Below are positions 1-16,651 of a stretch of 64,000 nt of DNA, piece after piece. Position 1 is the stretch's first letter. The number at the start of each line of letters is the position of its first letter. The DNA lies in NCBI RefSeq assembly GCF_009914755.1, contig NC_060930.1. One strand, given 5' to 3'. The DNA comes from the human T2T-CHM13v2.0 reference genome, Homo sapiens. A program made the position numbers and the translations under genes. The notes under the pieces are model-generated. The model was not told the DNA's origin. It worked only from the letters and a program-made list of their open reading frames with translations, and searched no databases.

Positions 1-2724
1 CAAATCCCTGCCTGCCCTCCTGTAGTCACACAGCCAATGGATCCATGTGCATGTTACAGCTATAAAATTTGAACAATTAAAAAAAATAGCTACTATCGGC
101 ACATGTCAGTTGTAGACTCTATGGGATACATACAAAACATCAATCAATATCTTTTCATTAAAAAAACAGCAGTTTAGTTATAACTGCAAGAAACAGAAAG
201 CCTTAATGTTGCCTCTTAGAAAATCAGGGTGCTTTTTTTAATAGAATAATAAAATCAGGCAAAACCAGGGCTGCTACTGATTGAGTGACTCGACAATATT
301 GTGGCTAACATTTCTATGATTATTTTCCTCAGGTTTGCTGTCTCCTTGTTTCCTGAAAGCTGCTTCAGTCAGGTATCAGGTTGACCTTAAGTTAGAAAGG
401 GAAGAGGATAAGGGAAAATTCATGTCATTTCCTTTCTATTAGGAAAACACGGCTTAAGAAGAAACCTCAGCAGATTTCTAATGTGTGATGGCAAATGCAT
501 AAGCTATATGTAAGGCAATTAGGAAGGTGGCACATAGCTCCTCTCTCAGGTTATCAAGGAAAAAAGCAAGAAGGAACATTAAGATACCCAGATGACAATA
601 TGTGCCACAAAAATAAATTGATTTACATCATTTTATATATGTTTTTGAGAAAAACGGATATCCATGCTTAATCATGTGTTTTAGGACAAAGCTATAGATT
701 TTAAAGTACTCATCTTCCTTTTAATTTAGAAAACATCAAAAATTAGAACAAAGCAAATTATTAAGAATATTATTAATAGCCTTCAGGCTTAACATTCTCC
801 AAGGACTCTCACACTATTTAAAGACTACAGGCATAAATCACTAGACCGTACAATACTAAGTTACTAGACTTATTTAATAAGCCTTAGATCAATAAAAGCA
901 AGTAAATGTTAAGACTCCAATGGAAACAACAAGAACCCATTTAAACTCTATATTCTTCAGCTATTTTCCCTATGAGTCTTGAGGGGCAGACTATTTTAAC
1001 TGTAGTAGCCAGCATCAGTTCTCCATTTTAACAGCAATTTGCCCTTTCAAAGAAACAATAGCTTCAAAGAGATTGAATCAAATATTTCAATTGGCTGGCA
1101 TGGATCACTTGTTCAGAAATAGCCTTCAACGTCATGTTCTCCATCTCCCTCTTCCTTATACTCACTCTAATCTGGTGGACACTTGCCTATAAATTACTTA
1201 AATGTCCTGTAAAAGTTAAGCAATAAAAGGCAGCTAAGTAAAATAAAGCTATTATGTCTCTTTAGACAGAAATAAACTGGCATTCAATCTATTTTCTTGA
1301 ACTATAAAATATTTGTAAGTAATTGTCACTGTTTAAAAGATTTTGGCCTCTTATGTTACTCAAAATGGATAATGAGCAGAATGACTATGAAACTAGAAAA
1401 TAACTGGCTTAAGAAAATAATTTTAGGCACCGTTTGTTAAAATTCTATTATCATGTGTTTAGAGAGCAGTTATGGTTTTTAACCAGGCAAATTTCTGAAA
1501 AAGAAGAACAGAAACAACTTAATGTATCCACAAACATTATGCTGAAGATTGGTAACTCATTGTTTAGAAAACATGTGTGATCTACATGCTTCTGTGGTTG
1601 TCCATATTGCCAATCTTGAAAATGTAGACCAAGGTGACTTTAAACAAAACAGCATTTACTATCTGATTATGCTGTTTTTCTAAAAAAAATTGTCTTATGT
1701 GCTTTCCTTTTAGTGGGTACCAATGTAGCATTTCCTATTTTCTGCAAAACAATTCTAATCTGGATGTATTGTGTAATTGTTTTATTAAGTTATTGGTAAG
1801 GATTTCATTATGCTTCTTTATATATATTATATCCTGGATTATATTCAATTACTATTTAGCTGTCAAAGGAATTTGGTCTTAAATTAAGTTTACCTCGGTA
1901 AGTTTCTATTGCAAATGATTTTCTAAAAGGGGATTTCATTTTTTAAAATAGACATTTAATAATTTCTTTTTTTATTGCAATGAGAATCTGTTTATTTTAG
2001 CAATGCAATTTTGAAGAGTTACATGGATTTTTAAGTTGGTATTTTAATGTTCCTTGGATATTATGAAGTCCCAAAGAAAATATGAAGACCAGAATTTGTA
2101 TCTCATACTATTTAAAAATTGAATATAAATGTGCTTTTGGTATACTCAGGACATATACACTTATGTATATGTTTATATATAGCATTACTCATATTATTAT
2201 GAATTTTAAAGGTATAAAATGAAGTATTTATTTTCATGACAAGTGTTTTAAAGAAATCATAATGTAAAATGAAAATGTGATGTTCAACAATCTAGTTAAA
2301 AAATGAAGTAAATCAAGATCCTATATGGTCTTTAAGTTCAAAGAAAAAGATCCCCTTTGAAATTTGACTTTCATTTTTTCCGAGTTTTTTAATACAAAAA
2401 AGCAAATAGTCACTAGGTTGTTTAATAGCTTTTGGTGAATGGTCATATATTCACAAAAGTTATGAATATAAAAGATATTTATTTCTGCTCTCATTTGAGA
2501 TCTTTCCATCTTACTCTGAAATAAAATGTTAGAATTTCCATTTTGAAAATTAGAAAAAATCTTAATTTTTACTCATACAACTGATAAAATGTTCTTGTAA
2601 ATTATCATTGAGTATAAATGATCATGGCAATGTTTGCTATAAATATTGGATACAATTTAATATATATGTGCATATATAACATAGTGATTAATATTATTAG
2701 CACAAGCAGGACATTTTTCCGCTT

Positions 2725-2927
2725 TAAATTCTGGTTCCGTCTTTTAGCTGTGTGTACTAAAACATGCTGCCTGACCTTTTTTTGTGTCTTTGGTTCCGTA
2801 TGTGTAAAATAGGGATAATAAGTGGACCTGCCTCATAAGATTATTATAAAAATCAAAGGATCCAATATATGTTAAGCATTTAGAACTATTTATGACACCA
2901 ATCACTCAACAAATATTTGCTATTATT
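2725..2927 (+). mobile_element. MIR SINE (diverged)
   Basis: MIR core-like text 'tagctgtgtg...tgtaaaatagggataata...cctcataagattattataaaaatcaaa...ctcaacaaatatttgctattatt'. Confidence 0.7.
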
Positions 2928-3640
2928 TTCCCTTGTGGCATAGATCATGCATATATGCTTTGACTAAATTACTGCTTAAAGTTTCAGTACTGGTATTAGT
3001 GCTTTTCACGTGTTCTGTTATATTCCATATGTCATCACCATTTCTGTTTGTACAGATTGGAGGGCATCTTTAGAGCAGTGTCCTTTAATTTCATTCTGCG
3101 CTACTTGGCACAGTTGTAATCATTAACATATTAGATTCATCTCAACTCTTTTCTTACCCGCTTGTTTGTGCCAGCTTTATTGCAAACACAAACACAAATG
3201 CAAGTACCTCTTTCTTGTAACAATAACATGCTAAAGAAGTTTTGCTATTTCTGTAGTCTATGTTGATGTCCTTTAAGATCATCCCAAAATAAAACATAGC
3301 AATAAAATAAAATATCAGAGAATATTTTCTGAGGCTTCCAAAATTGTTTCATAAAATTCACTTTTGAAAATGTTTCAACAGGAATTTCTGTTTTGAAATG
3401 TTTGTACAAGTTGCCTAAGTCTGCATTATTTATTATTATTACTGCATACCAAACTGTTTAGATCATGGTATAACCAGTTAACTTGTGTATGCTACACTTG
3501 AGATAAAGCAAATTGTTGACACCAAACTGACATAATATGTCCACAACTGATAACTCAAACAAAATATTTCTTTTTTGTTGCTAAGTTTATAATTCTGAGT
3601 ATTCTGATAATACACTGATTCTATATAAAAATTTCTATAA

Positions 3641-3773
3641 TGATAATTGTTTTTGTAGCGATGGAGTCTTCCTGTGCTGCCCAGGTTGGTCCCAAACTCC
3701 TGGTCTTAAGTGATCCTCCCTCTTCAGCCTCCCAAGGTGTTGGGATTACAGGCATGAGCCACCATGCCTGGCC
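3641..3773 (-). mobile_element. FLAM / Alu left monomer
   Basis: Single Alu arm ending 'gggattacaggcatgagccaccatgcctggcc'. Degenerate TSD aaaaatttc(t/c)at(a/g)a at ~3627 and ~3774. Confidence 0.85.
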
Positions 3774-4072
3774 AAAAATTTCCATGACTTTTCTCATTAC
3801 TGTAGTGATTTAAACAATTCACTTATATCTCAAATATATGGCTCAGGATTTAAGTATTTTTAAAATTTTAACGGTATACAAATATGAGAAAAAATAAGAT
3901 CCAAAATGAAAATAATCATTTATAATGTATTTAATAAATGTTATTTATAAGTACATAAGCTAAAATTTATTTACTTAATGAGATATAATAACCTAGACTG
4001 CTTTAAATGAGATACTGTTTGTTAATCATTATATAAATGGTTGTCACTCCTCTAAGGAAATCAGGAAGGGAC

Positions 4073-4395
<323 letters not shown>

Positions 4396-4880
4396 TAAGA
4401 CCTGGAGGAGAAATAGATTCACTACTTTTATTCTGCATAATGAAATAATCCTATATAAATGTATAATTATTTCTTCTTAATTATCTTGGCATTGAAAAAA
4501 CAGAAGGTTATGTGTGTAATAAACTCCTGCATATTAAGTTGGAATCCACTGCTTATCTTGCTTGCTATCTCATCATTATTCTCTTACCCAGTTTCTGCCT
4601 TTCAGTCAACATTATCTGCTAGGAGTAAACTCTTCATTCTCAAGTAGAGTACTCTCAAAATGCTGTCTTTTTTACAAATAATCTGCAATTGTTTAGAACT
4701 TAAAAGATAATCTAAATATTTGTGTTCTTTATCTGTTCTTAATCTCTCCCCCAAAGAACCTTCCATACAAAGTAACCTGTCAAAATTCTCAGTTCAAAAA
4801 GTAAAGTTCTCCAGGTTTTTAAGAAGTTCTTTTTGATGCATTCGAGGCTTTCAAAAACTATTTCCCCCTTTCCCTCAGAT

Positions 4881-5061
4881 GAGTGGTTCCTTTAAATTTT
4901 AGCTCTCTCAGAATCTCCTACAGAGCTTATAAAAGCACAGATAACTGTTCCTCTATCCAGAAGTTCTCATTCAGTAGCTCTACGACAGAGCCTGGTAACT
5001 TACCTTTCTAACAAGTTCCCAGGTGATATGAATGGTCTGGGTGCACACTTTTGAGAGGCAC
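4881..5061. mobile_element. MER5A (hAT-Charlie non-autonomous DNA transposon)
   Basis: 'agtggttc...cagaatctcc...tcattcagtag...ttctaacaagttcccaggtgat...cacacttttgaga', ~180 bp. Confidence 0.8.
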
Positions 5062-6373
5062 GAGTCTAAACAAATTGTGAGTTACAACCAGTTTCTCTGA
5101 ATTGTCATACTTAACACTCCTTTGTCCTAAAGCTATTTCAACAGTTAAAAAATAATAATTTTATATATGTGTTCCATATTTATGCCTTTATAATCTTGGT
5201 GTTGTAATTTGCAGGGCCAACTTTGTAAATATCTCTTATTGTTAGGACCAAAAAGTATCATACACAAATTAGATACAAAGCGAATAACTGCTATTCCTGT
5301 TAACGGTGGTGATTATTGAGTTACTTAAAAATATTTGGCAGGCAAAATACAAATCCTCTAGCATTTTTACCTTATTCATATATTATTCTTCAAATGACTA
5401 TAAAAATGTTTTCTAGAATATTTTATTTATTTCCAAAGCCAATGAATTTTTCATAAAAAATTAATCATGTTTTAATTTCTTTCTACTTATACTGTGAAAT
5501 TGATGTTTTTAATAGCTTTTTGCTGTGTGAATGCCCTAATGCCAATGAAGGTCTGTGAAGCCTTTAACCTTTTGGACATCACAACTTCTTCTAAGCAAAA
5601 AGAAAACAAAAGCAAGTAGAAAATATGCGTTTTAAAAAATTGTTGTTGTTAGTGTACATTAACTTGTGAATGGAATGTTTAAAATAAAACGTAAATTTTG
5701 AAAATTGCTTTCTCTATTATAAAAGCCTATGTAGTATTTGGGAGCACAGTTAATAAATGGATGCAATAACTTAAATCCCTAAAACAAAGTAATGTAGACT
5801 AACAGATGAAATAAAGAGAAGGGGGTAGAAACATCATCTCCCTCTCTTCACTAACACATTGTAGAAGCCTGGAAAAGTCAATTAATTTTTCAGGGGCCCA
5901 GATTTATTTTGATAAAATGAGCTAAAGGGTGGATTTCATAGTAAGTTAACAGTACTAACTAAATCTTAAGATCGCTGGAATAAGATTAAGAAGTAGCTCC
6001 ATGCTTTATAAGATTAATCTCCCAAATCATGGCATTTTTCTTAGGGGAATATAGTCAGAATAGGAAAAATTATATTTGTGAAATGTAATATGAAAATATG
6101 AATTATATTGCAAATTGCTCCATTACTTTAAGGAAGTAAATGAAGCTTGATATCTGTAAAAAATGCAACTAGGTAATTAATGCCACATGCTATAACTACA
6201 AATTCAAAACATGTCTGTTTGTAGTCATCACTATTTATTAAATTTGCTTCCATAAATCTTATGGCAACTGGCATAGGCAACTGATCAGTTTCCTTTGTAT
6301 TCACAATGAGAATGGTTTGCTGCCTCTATATTGATATATTAATGCAAATAACAAAATTAAAAGATTTTCTTTT

Positions 6374-7038
6374 TGTGATAGGCAGAATTCCTAAGTTGCC
6401 TTTGCCACTTTCAAGTTTCTCAACTCCGGGTTATTCAATCAAACACAAATCTAGGCTGTGTTATGAAGGGCCTTTGCAGATGTAATTTTATATACCAATC
6501 AACTGACCTTAAATTTAGAGAAATTATTCTGAATTATCAGGTGTGCTCAATGTAATCACAGGAGCACTTAAAAGCAGAAAAGAAAGAACATTTAGAGAGA
6601 TGCAACAGAGGAGGAAGGCAGAAAAGAGTGAGGTAGAAGAGGACATCATAGATTTTTAATGCATAAGGAGGAGTTGACTAATCATTGCTGTTATTAAAGC
6701 TGAAAGAATATCATAAACCTTGAAATATAGGTTGCCTCTTAAAGCTTGGAATGACCCCAACCAGTAGCCAGTAACCAAAGGGCACTGTAGTCCTACAGCC
6801 ACAGTGGTACTGAATCATGCAAACAGCTCTAATGAGTCTGGAAGTAGATTCATGCCCAGATCTTCCAGAAAGAAACACAGGCTGCTGGCACCTTGAGTTT
6901 GGCCTTGTGACAAACAAAGTGCCAACTGAGCAATGATGTCCCTGGACTTTTGATGTACCAGACTGTGGGATAATAAATGGGTGTTGTAAACTGCTAAGTT
7001 TGTGGTAGTTTCTTGTGGCAGCAACAGAAAACTAATGC
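6374..7038 (+). mobile_element. MLT1E-like MaLR solo LTR
   Basis: Starts 'tgtgataggcagaattcctaag', contains 'tttgcagatgtaatt', ends 'ctaagtttgtggtagtt...gcagcaacagaaaactaat'. Confidence 0.8.
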
Positions 7039-7098
7039 TCCATCCTATTTGCCTAGTGATTATTGTCAAGCTTTTCATTGATAAGTACTGGAATGTGT

Positions 7099-7100
7099 GC

Positions 7101-7139
<39 letters not shown>

Positions 7140-7162
7140 TATATACACACACACTCGCATAC
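7099..7162. repeat. (TA)n(CA)n compound microsatellite
   Basis: Directly visible. Confidence 0.95.
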
Positions 7163-7163
7163 A

Positions 7164-7980
<817 letters not shown>

Positions 7981-10377
7981 TCTCTCTCTCTCTGTGAGTG
8001 TTTGTGTTTATGAATTTCTACAGTTTTCTGATTATTTTTACTCAGATACTTAGAATAAGTAAGTGGAGACAGTGAATATTAAATTATTGTGACAATATTT
8101 TTCTATCAATTTAACATGTACTGTAGGCGTGTTATGAAGTTTGAAGCTCATTCAATAAAAATAATTCACAGGAACATGAGTTTCTATAAGAGGTGTTATT
8201 AAATGACAAAATATAATTTACTACAAAAGTTACAACCAAAACAGCTTGGTTTTACATATATATATGTGTGTATATATATATACAGATACTTGAAAGAATA
8301 TTCAAGATCACTGGATAATTATGAAATTATGAAAGACAAATATAGATGATACATGGATGACAAAATGTTGATAGGCTGACAGAGTAATAAAAAATTATCA
8401 AATGAGTCTTAAGCAACAACAAAGATTTCCACCAATTATAGAGCACCTACTTTGGCCAAGAATATGTAAGTATCACAACAGTCCCATGTGATTGATACTA
8501 TTCATCTAATTTTTAACTAGTCAAATTTTGAACTAATGTTTAAACTAGTATTTCCATTATGCTTCAGAGACTGAATGTTAATCCCCGTGTGTCAAACACT
8601 ACTAGTTATCCTCCAAAATTCATAAATCCTCTTCCATTCTAAGAACGTTATAGCTGTGTACGTGGTGTTCAATTGGAGATGATATAAAATACAATGTTGC
8701 ATTGTACAAACCTAGATATTGTCTCCAGAACATATATATATATATATATAAATATAATAGCAAGTATTAGCCTAAAATTATTGTAGTACAAGATAATCTA
8801 GTTTGAATTTCAGAGGCCTTGAAAATTATGTATGTTTTATAAGAATCCCTACTATCTTGGGCTATCAGGGATTATCTCATAAATTTTAACCACTTTTTTT
8901 CCTCATGAAACCATAAGAAAAAAATAAAAATCAATAGGCTACTGTAGGCTCATTGGGCCTCCTTAAATTGAGCAGGAATTTTATTTTAAGTCATTAAGAC
9001 CATTGACCATATAGTTTAAAACAAAGAGACAAACAAACCTGAGTATTCACATCAGCAAATAAGTGTAGTTATAGTAATATGGACACTTCTATATAGGTAC
9101 TGTTTTTACCCTCAACATACGATTTTATTGCTCAATGATAAATACTTGATTTGGAAAAATATCAATCATAAATAATCAGTAACACAGTAGCTTTTTTACC
9201 AAACCAGCAACAAAGAAAACAAACCAAATAGCAATCAAATTGTTATGTGATTTTAAGCATATGTTTTGCAATGTCAATTTCTGAAACTATGCTGTCTTTG
9301 CCCTAAGCTTATCTTTCAATTCATGAACACACTGCTGAGAAAACTACTTCAAACATCTTTGTGTCTGAGCTGGACCATTGCTGTTGTGCACATATATACA
9401 AAATACACGTACTAACACATATTACACATCTCACAGCTCCCAAGATGTCAGTTAAAGAAATTGTGCATTAAACAAATACCAAAATTCTTCCTGAAATCTC
9501 AAGACAGTATCACATTGCTACACACAGTAAAACAAGTAGTGAGATATTTTCTATTTTTCCCTTTTTGTCAGCATATAATGCTTATTCATTTATGATGATT
9601 CAGGGATGATAACAATAAACAGTATAATATGAACAGCAAAATTTTTATGGAAAACTCTTAAGATAAAATATAGACATGGACCTTAATCCAGTTGAGGAAA
9701 TCTATCCCTTTCAATGTTTGCTCTCATCGTCTATTTGAAAGTATTTTTATATAATGCTTGGGATTTCTTACTCTAGAATTATTTGGTCTCCTGTGAATCA
9801 TGCAGAGATTTTATGCCAGAAGAACACAGACAGCAGGAAGACATTATTCCTGGGCCAAGTACCATTCTGAGTGTTTCTCTTTGTTTCCTGGTAACAAAGC
9901 TGAGCCAAATGAGGCACAGAAGTCATACACAAAATACTGAAATATCTTTTTCTTCAGTAAACAAGGACTAAAATTGAAGAAATAACCTCCACAAAGTCTC
10001 AATATTCCCTACTGTTAGACTTTCTATCTGGAATAATATCTGGCCTTCTCGGTTTACACATGCAATCAAAAGTAGGAGATACTTGTTTTACTAAGGTGGG
10101 CAAAAAGGTATGCTCAATGGACTAGATATTGTTTTCATTGTGAAGTTTAAGCATCCATTATGGAACTTCTAAAGGTGCTATGTCTTCTTTTCAGTCTTTT
10201 CTACAATATATTCTCTATTCAAGGCTCAAGATTATTCCCAGAAGCATTAATGAGACAGAATATGAGTGTTCATTTGTAAGAAACAGTCATGCAAAAAAAG
10301 CAAAATTTTTAGTTTTGGAGGAAAAATGCAATTTGATTATGTGCTTATGTTTTCAGTATTCATTCTTCACTTTTATT

Positions 10378-10687
10378 TTTTTATTTTTTATTTATTTTTT
10401 TAATTTGAGACGGAGTTGCACTCTGTCGCCCAGGATGGAGTGCAGTGGCATGATCTCGGGTCACTGAAACCTCTACCTCCCAGGTTCAAGTAATTCTCCT
10501 GCCTCAGCCTCCTGAGTAGCTGAGATTATAGGTGTGTACCACCACGCCTGGCTAAGTTTCGTATTTTTAGTAGAGACGGGGGTTTCACCATACTGGCTAG
10601 GCTGGTCTCGAACTCCTGACCTTGTGATCCACCCACCTCGGCCTCCCAAAGTGCTGGGATTATAGGCATGAGCCACCGCGCCCAACC
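10378..10687 (-). mobile_element. AluS (Sg-like), full length
   Basis: Dimeric Alu with 'ctcctgaccttgtgatcc'. TSD ttcacttttatt at 10366-10377 and 10689-10700. Confidence 0.95.
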
Positions 10688-12498
10688 ATTCACTTTTATT
10701 ATCTGTATAGTTATTGAAAAGGTAATTTAAAGAATAATTCTAGAGAGTCCATTTTTTCACCAGCTAGTCATTCAAGCAAAACAAACATTGTTCATTAGAT
10801 TAGCAAAATGAATTATTCAGTATATACATTGACACCAAAGGAAGAAAGGTATACTGATCTTAAATGTGCTCTCACATTTCCTTCATGCTACAATATATAA
10901 TATAATGTAATGGCTTATTATTCTATAAAAAGCAATTCAGGTCAATGCCTATTTGCTTTATCCAAAACTGTCACCTTTTGGAACAAAATATAACTTTATA
11001 TTTTTATCTGCTGCAAATATACTCAATTTTATTTTAAAATGTCTACTAAGAATTATAGCAAAAAAATCACATATACTTTCCTCACAAACAAAGATCAATT
11101 GTGACTAAAACTTCTGGGTAATTAATACTTGACACATATAGAGTGGCAATGAGCTGACAGATTAGTAGCATAGATATTCCCAATAACTATTCAATTTAAA
11201 GTATCTAAATTTACCTGAAGGCAATCTCTCAATTTAAGAATACTGGACTTATTATTAAAAATATAAATCATATAATTGTTATGCTCTGTACCATGGCATG
11301 TATTTGTATATCATAAATCTTATTTTATTTGCCTTTTTTAATGAAGAATATTTGCTCTCAGTTCTTTAAAAAGTCATAATAAATAAAAATTTGTGTGCAA
11401 AATGACCTTCTATAAAATAGCATGGAAAGTGAATGGCTTATTGATGTTCTTATCAGATATACCTGCATTTTCCTCTATTTCCTAATTACATAGGAATAAC
11501 TTAATATTAAAATATAATGAAAGTACATTAAAATTAAATATAAAGTAGTGCATACTACAAGTAATTATGTAAAGGTTATGTTGTTTAGTATATCCAGTAA
11601 AAGTGTTCTTGAAACATTATGGAAAAATAAAGACTTTCCAATACAAACAAAAGCTGAGGCATTTTATCAACACTAGTCCTCTACTACAAGAATTGCTAAC
11701 AGGAATTCTTTCATCTGAAATAAAAGAACTTTAATGAGGAAATGAGCAATCATCTGAAGGTACAAAACTCAATGGTCATAGTAAGTCTAGAGAAAAAGAC
11801 AGAATATTATAAACTACTCATATCTTGAGGGGAAAAACTAAAATATGAAGTGATCAAAATAAAAGCTATACCAACTTTTCATGACACAAACAGTACAATA
11901 AGGTAAAAATAGAAACCACAAACTTAAAATGCGGGAGGATAAAGTTAAAGTGCAGAGTTGTTATTAGTATTCTCTTTGCTTGTTTGCTAGGTTGTGTGTG
12001 GATGCAATCACTGTTAAGTTGTCATAAGTTTAAAATGGTGGGTTTTAAGATATTATTCATAAGCCTCACGGTAACATCAAATCAAAAAACATACAACAGA
12101 TATCTAAAAAGTAAAAAGCAACAAATGAAAACATACCACCAGAGAAAATCACCTTCACTAAAAGAAAGACAGAAAGGAAAAAAATAGGAATAGAAGACCA
12201 CCAAACAACCAGAAAACAAATGAAATGACAGGAGTAAGTCCTTACTTATCAATTATACTTATAATATTGACTGTAAATGGATTAAAACTCTCCAACTGAA
12301 AGACAGAGTGGTCGAATGGATTTTGAAAGCAAGATGCAATGATCTATTGCCTACAATTGCCACACTTCACCAATAAAGACTCATTGAAATTGAAAATAAA
12401 AGGATGAAAAAATAAATTCCACGTAAATGGAAACAAAAAAGAGAGCAGGATTAGCTATACTTATATCACACTAAATAGATACTAAAACAGAAAGTATC

Positions 12499-15404
12499 AA
12501 AAGATCATCAAAATTGATAGACCACTAGCAAGACTAATAAAGAAGAAAAAAGAATCAAATAGATGCAATAAAAAATGATAAAGGGGATATCACCACCGAT
12601 CCCCCAGAAATACAAGCTACCATCAGAGAATACTATAAACACCTCTACACAAAATAAACTAGAAAATCTGGAAGAAATGGATAAATTCCTGGACACATAC
12701 ACCCTCCCAAGACTAAACCGGGACAAAGTTGAATTGCTGAATAAACCAATAACAGGCTCTGAAACTGAGGCAATAAGTAATAGCCTACCAACCAAAAAAA
12801 GTCCAGGACCATATGGATTCACAGCCAAATTCTACCAGAGGTACAAAGAGTAGCTGGTACCATTCCTTCTGAAACTATTCCAATCAATAGAAAAAGAGGG
12901 AATCCTCACTAACTCATTTTAAGATGTCAGCATCATCCTGATACCAAAGCCTGGCAGAGACTCCACAAAAAAAGAGAATTTTAGACCAATATCCCTGATG
13001 ATTGTCGATGCGAAAATCCTCAATAAAATACTGGCAAACCAAATCCAGCAGCACATCAAAAAGCTTATCCACCACTATCAAGTTGGCTTCATCCCTGGGA
13101 TGCAAGGCTAGTTCAACACACCCAAATCAATAAATGTAATCCATCACATAAACAGAACCAACGACATAAACCACATGATTATCTCAATAGATGCAGAAAA
13201 GACCTTCAACGAAATTCAACAGCCCTTCATGCTAAAAACTGTAAACAAACTAGGTATTGATGGAATGTATCTTAAAATAATAAGAGCTGTTTATGACTAA
13301 CCCACAGCCAATATCATACTGAATGGGCAAAAACTAGAAGCATTCCCTTTGAAAACTGGCACAACACAGGGATACCCTCTCTCACCACTCCTATTCATCA
13401 TAGTGCTGGAAGTTCTGGCCAAGGCAATCAGGCAAGAGAAAGAAGTAAAGGGTATTAAATTAGGAAAAGAGGAAGTCAAATTGTCCCTGTTTGCAGATGA
13501 CATGATTGTATATTTAGAAAACCCCATCATCTCAGCCCCAAATCTCCTTAAGCTGATAAGTGACTTCAATGAAGTCTCAGGAAACAAAAATCAATGTGCA
13601 AAAATGACAAGCATTCCTATACACCAACAACAGACCAACAAAGAGCCAAATCATGAGTGAACTCCCATTCACAATTGCTACAAAGACAATAAAATACCTA
13701 GGAATCCAACTTACAAGGGATGTGAAGGAGAACTACAAACCACTGCTCAACGAAATAAAAGAGGACACAAACAAATGGAAGAACATTCCATGCTTATGGA
13801 TAGGAAGAATCAGTATCGTGAAAATGGTCATACTGCCCAAGGTAGTTTATAGATTCAATGCTGTCCCCATCAAGCTACCAATGACTTTCTTCACAATATT
13901 GGAAAAAACTACTTTAAACTTAATATGGAACCAAAAAAGAGCCCGCATTGCCAGGACAATCCTAAGCAAAAAGAACAAAGCTGGAGGCTCACACTACCTG
14001 ACTTCAAACTATACTACAAGTCTACAGTAACCAAAACAGCATGACACTGTTACCAAAACAGAGAGATAGACCAATGGAACAGAACAGAGGCCTCAGAAAT
14101 AACACCACACATCTACAACCATCTGATCTTTGACAAATCTGACAAAAACAAGAAATGGGGAAAGGATTCCCTATTTAATAAATGGTGCTGGGAAAACTGC
14201 CTGGTAATATGTAGAAAGCTGAAACAGGATCCTTTCCTTACATCTTACACAAAAATTAATTCAAGATGGATTAAAGACTTAAATGTTAGACCAAAAATCA
14301 TAAAAACCCTAGAAAAAAACATGGGCAATACCATTCAGCACATAGGCATGGGAAAGGACTTCATGACTAAAACACCAAAAGCAATGACAACAAAAGCCAA
14401 AATAGACAAATGGGATATAATTAAACTATAGAGCTTCTGCACAGCTAAAGAAACTATCATCAGAGTGAACAGGCAACCTACAGAATGGGAGAAAGTTTTT
14501 GCAATCTACCCATCTGACAAAGGGCTAATATCCAGAATCTACAAAGAACTTAAACAAATTTACAAGAAAAAACAAACAACCCCATCAAAAAGTGGGCAAA
14601 GGATATGAACAGATACTTCTCAAAAGAAGACATGTATGCAGCCAACAGACACATGAAAAAATGCTCATCATCATTGGTCATCAGAGAAATGCAAATCAAA
14701 ACCACAGTGAGATACCATCTCACACCAGTTAGAATGGCGATCATTAAAAAGTCAGGAAACAACATGCTGGAGAGGATGTGGAGAAATAGGAACAGTTTTA
14801 CACTGTTGGTGAGAGTGTAATCTAGTTCAACCATTGTGGAAGACAGTGTGGTGATTCCTGAAGGTTCTAGAACTAGAAATACCATTTGACCCAGTGATCT
14901 CATTACTGGGTATTTACCGAAAGGATTTTAAATAATGCTTCTATAAAGATACATGTACACGTATGTTTATTGTGGCACTATTCACAATAGCAAAAACTTG
15001 GACCCAACCCAAATGTCCATCAATGATAGCCTGGATTAAGAAAATGTGGCATATATACACCATGGAATACTATGCAGTCATAAAAAGGATAAGTTCATGT
15101 CCTTTGCAGGGACATGGATGAAACAGGAAATCATCATTCTCAGCAAACTATCACAAGGATAGAAAACCAAACACTGCATGTTTTCACTCACAGGTGGGAA
15201 TTGAACAATGAGAACACTTGGACACAGGGCAGGGAACATCACACATAGGGTGGGGGGCAGGGGGAGGGATAGCATTAGGAGAAATACTTAATGTAAAGGA
15301 CCAGTTAATGGGTGCAGCAAACCAACATGGCACATGTATACCTATGTAACAAACCTGCACGTTGTGCACATGTGCTCTAGAATTTAAAGTATAATTAAAA
15401 AAAA
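12499..15404 (+). mobile_element. 5'-truncated L1PA (PA5/PA6-like), ~2.9 kb, disrupted ORF2 RT region and 3'UTR
   Basis: ORF fragments with L1 RT motifs ([37 protein letters not shown]), L1PA 3'UTR and A-tail at ~15397. Confidence 0.93.
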
Positions 15405-16651
15405 GAGAGAGACATAAATGTCATTATATAATGATAAAGCAATCACTTTAGCAAGAGGTTATAACAATTATAAATATATATATATATGCACTCAACACTG
15501 GAGCAAACAAATGTTTAAAGCAAATATTACTAGAGCTTAAGAGGGAGAAATAACCCAAAACGACAATAGCTGGACTCTTTGACAGACCACTTTTAACATC
15601 GGACAGATAATCTGGAGAGGAAATCAATGAAGAAACAAAGAACTTAGTCTATGCTATAGACCAAATAGACCTAACACGATATTTATAAAACATTTTATCC
15701 AACAGCTGCAGAATACACATTCCTTTTCTCAACATAAGAATTGCTATCAACAATAGACCATATATTAGGACATAAAACAAGTCTTCAAAAATTCAAATAT
15801 ATTGAAATCATATCAAATGTCATCTCTCCCCACAATGAAATAAAACTCAAAATTAATGACAATAGAAACTTTGAAAAATATAAAAATACAAGTAAATTAA
15901 ACAATATACTCTTGAATGTCCATTGGATCAAAAATTATGATGGAAATTTTAAAAAAATAATGAAACAAATGATAATGGAAACAACATACCAAAATCTGTG
16001 GGACACAGCAAAAGGAGTATTAAGAGATAAATTTATAGCTATAAATGCCTACATACAAAAGAGATAAACTTCAAATATACAACCTATGGATATATCTTAA
16101 AGAACTAGAAAAGCAAGAGCAAACCAAACCTAAAATTAGTAGAAAAAAATTTAAAAATTAGAGCAGAAATAAATGAAATTGAAATGAAGAAAGCAATATA
16201 AAAGATCAACAATACAAAAAGTTGGTTTTATGAAAAGATAAACAAAATCAACAAAGGTTTAGCAAACTAAGAAAAAAAAGAAAGATAACAAATAAAATCA
16301 AAGAAAAAGAAGACATTGCAACTGAAACTGCAGAAATTCAAGGGATCATTAAAAGCTACTATCAGCAATTGTATGTCAATAAATTGAAAAACTTAGAAGA
16401 AATAGATGCATTCCTAGACACATACAACCTACCAAGACTGAACTATGAGGAAATCTAAAACCTGAATAGACAATAACATATAAAAATTCAAAACCATAGT
16501 AAAGTCTCCCAACAATAAAAAAAAAGCCCAGTACCAATAGCTTCACCGCTGAATTTTAACAAACATTTAAAGAAGAACTAATACCAATCCCATTCAGACT
16601 CTCTAAAAAATAGAAGAGGAGGGAATACATCCAAACTCATTCTATGATGCC

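Noticed and set aside
12575-14820. L1 ORF2 reverse-transcriptase ORFs as an active gene
   Set aside because: The element is 5'-truncated and broken by several stops and frameshifts.
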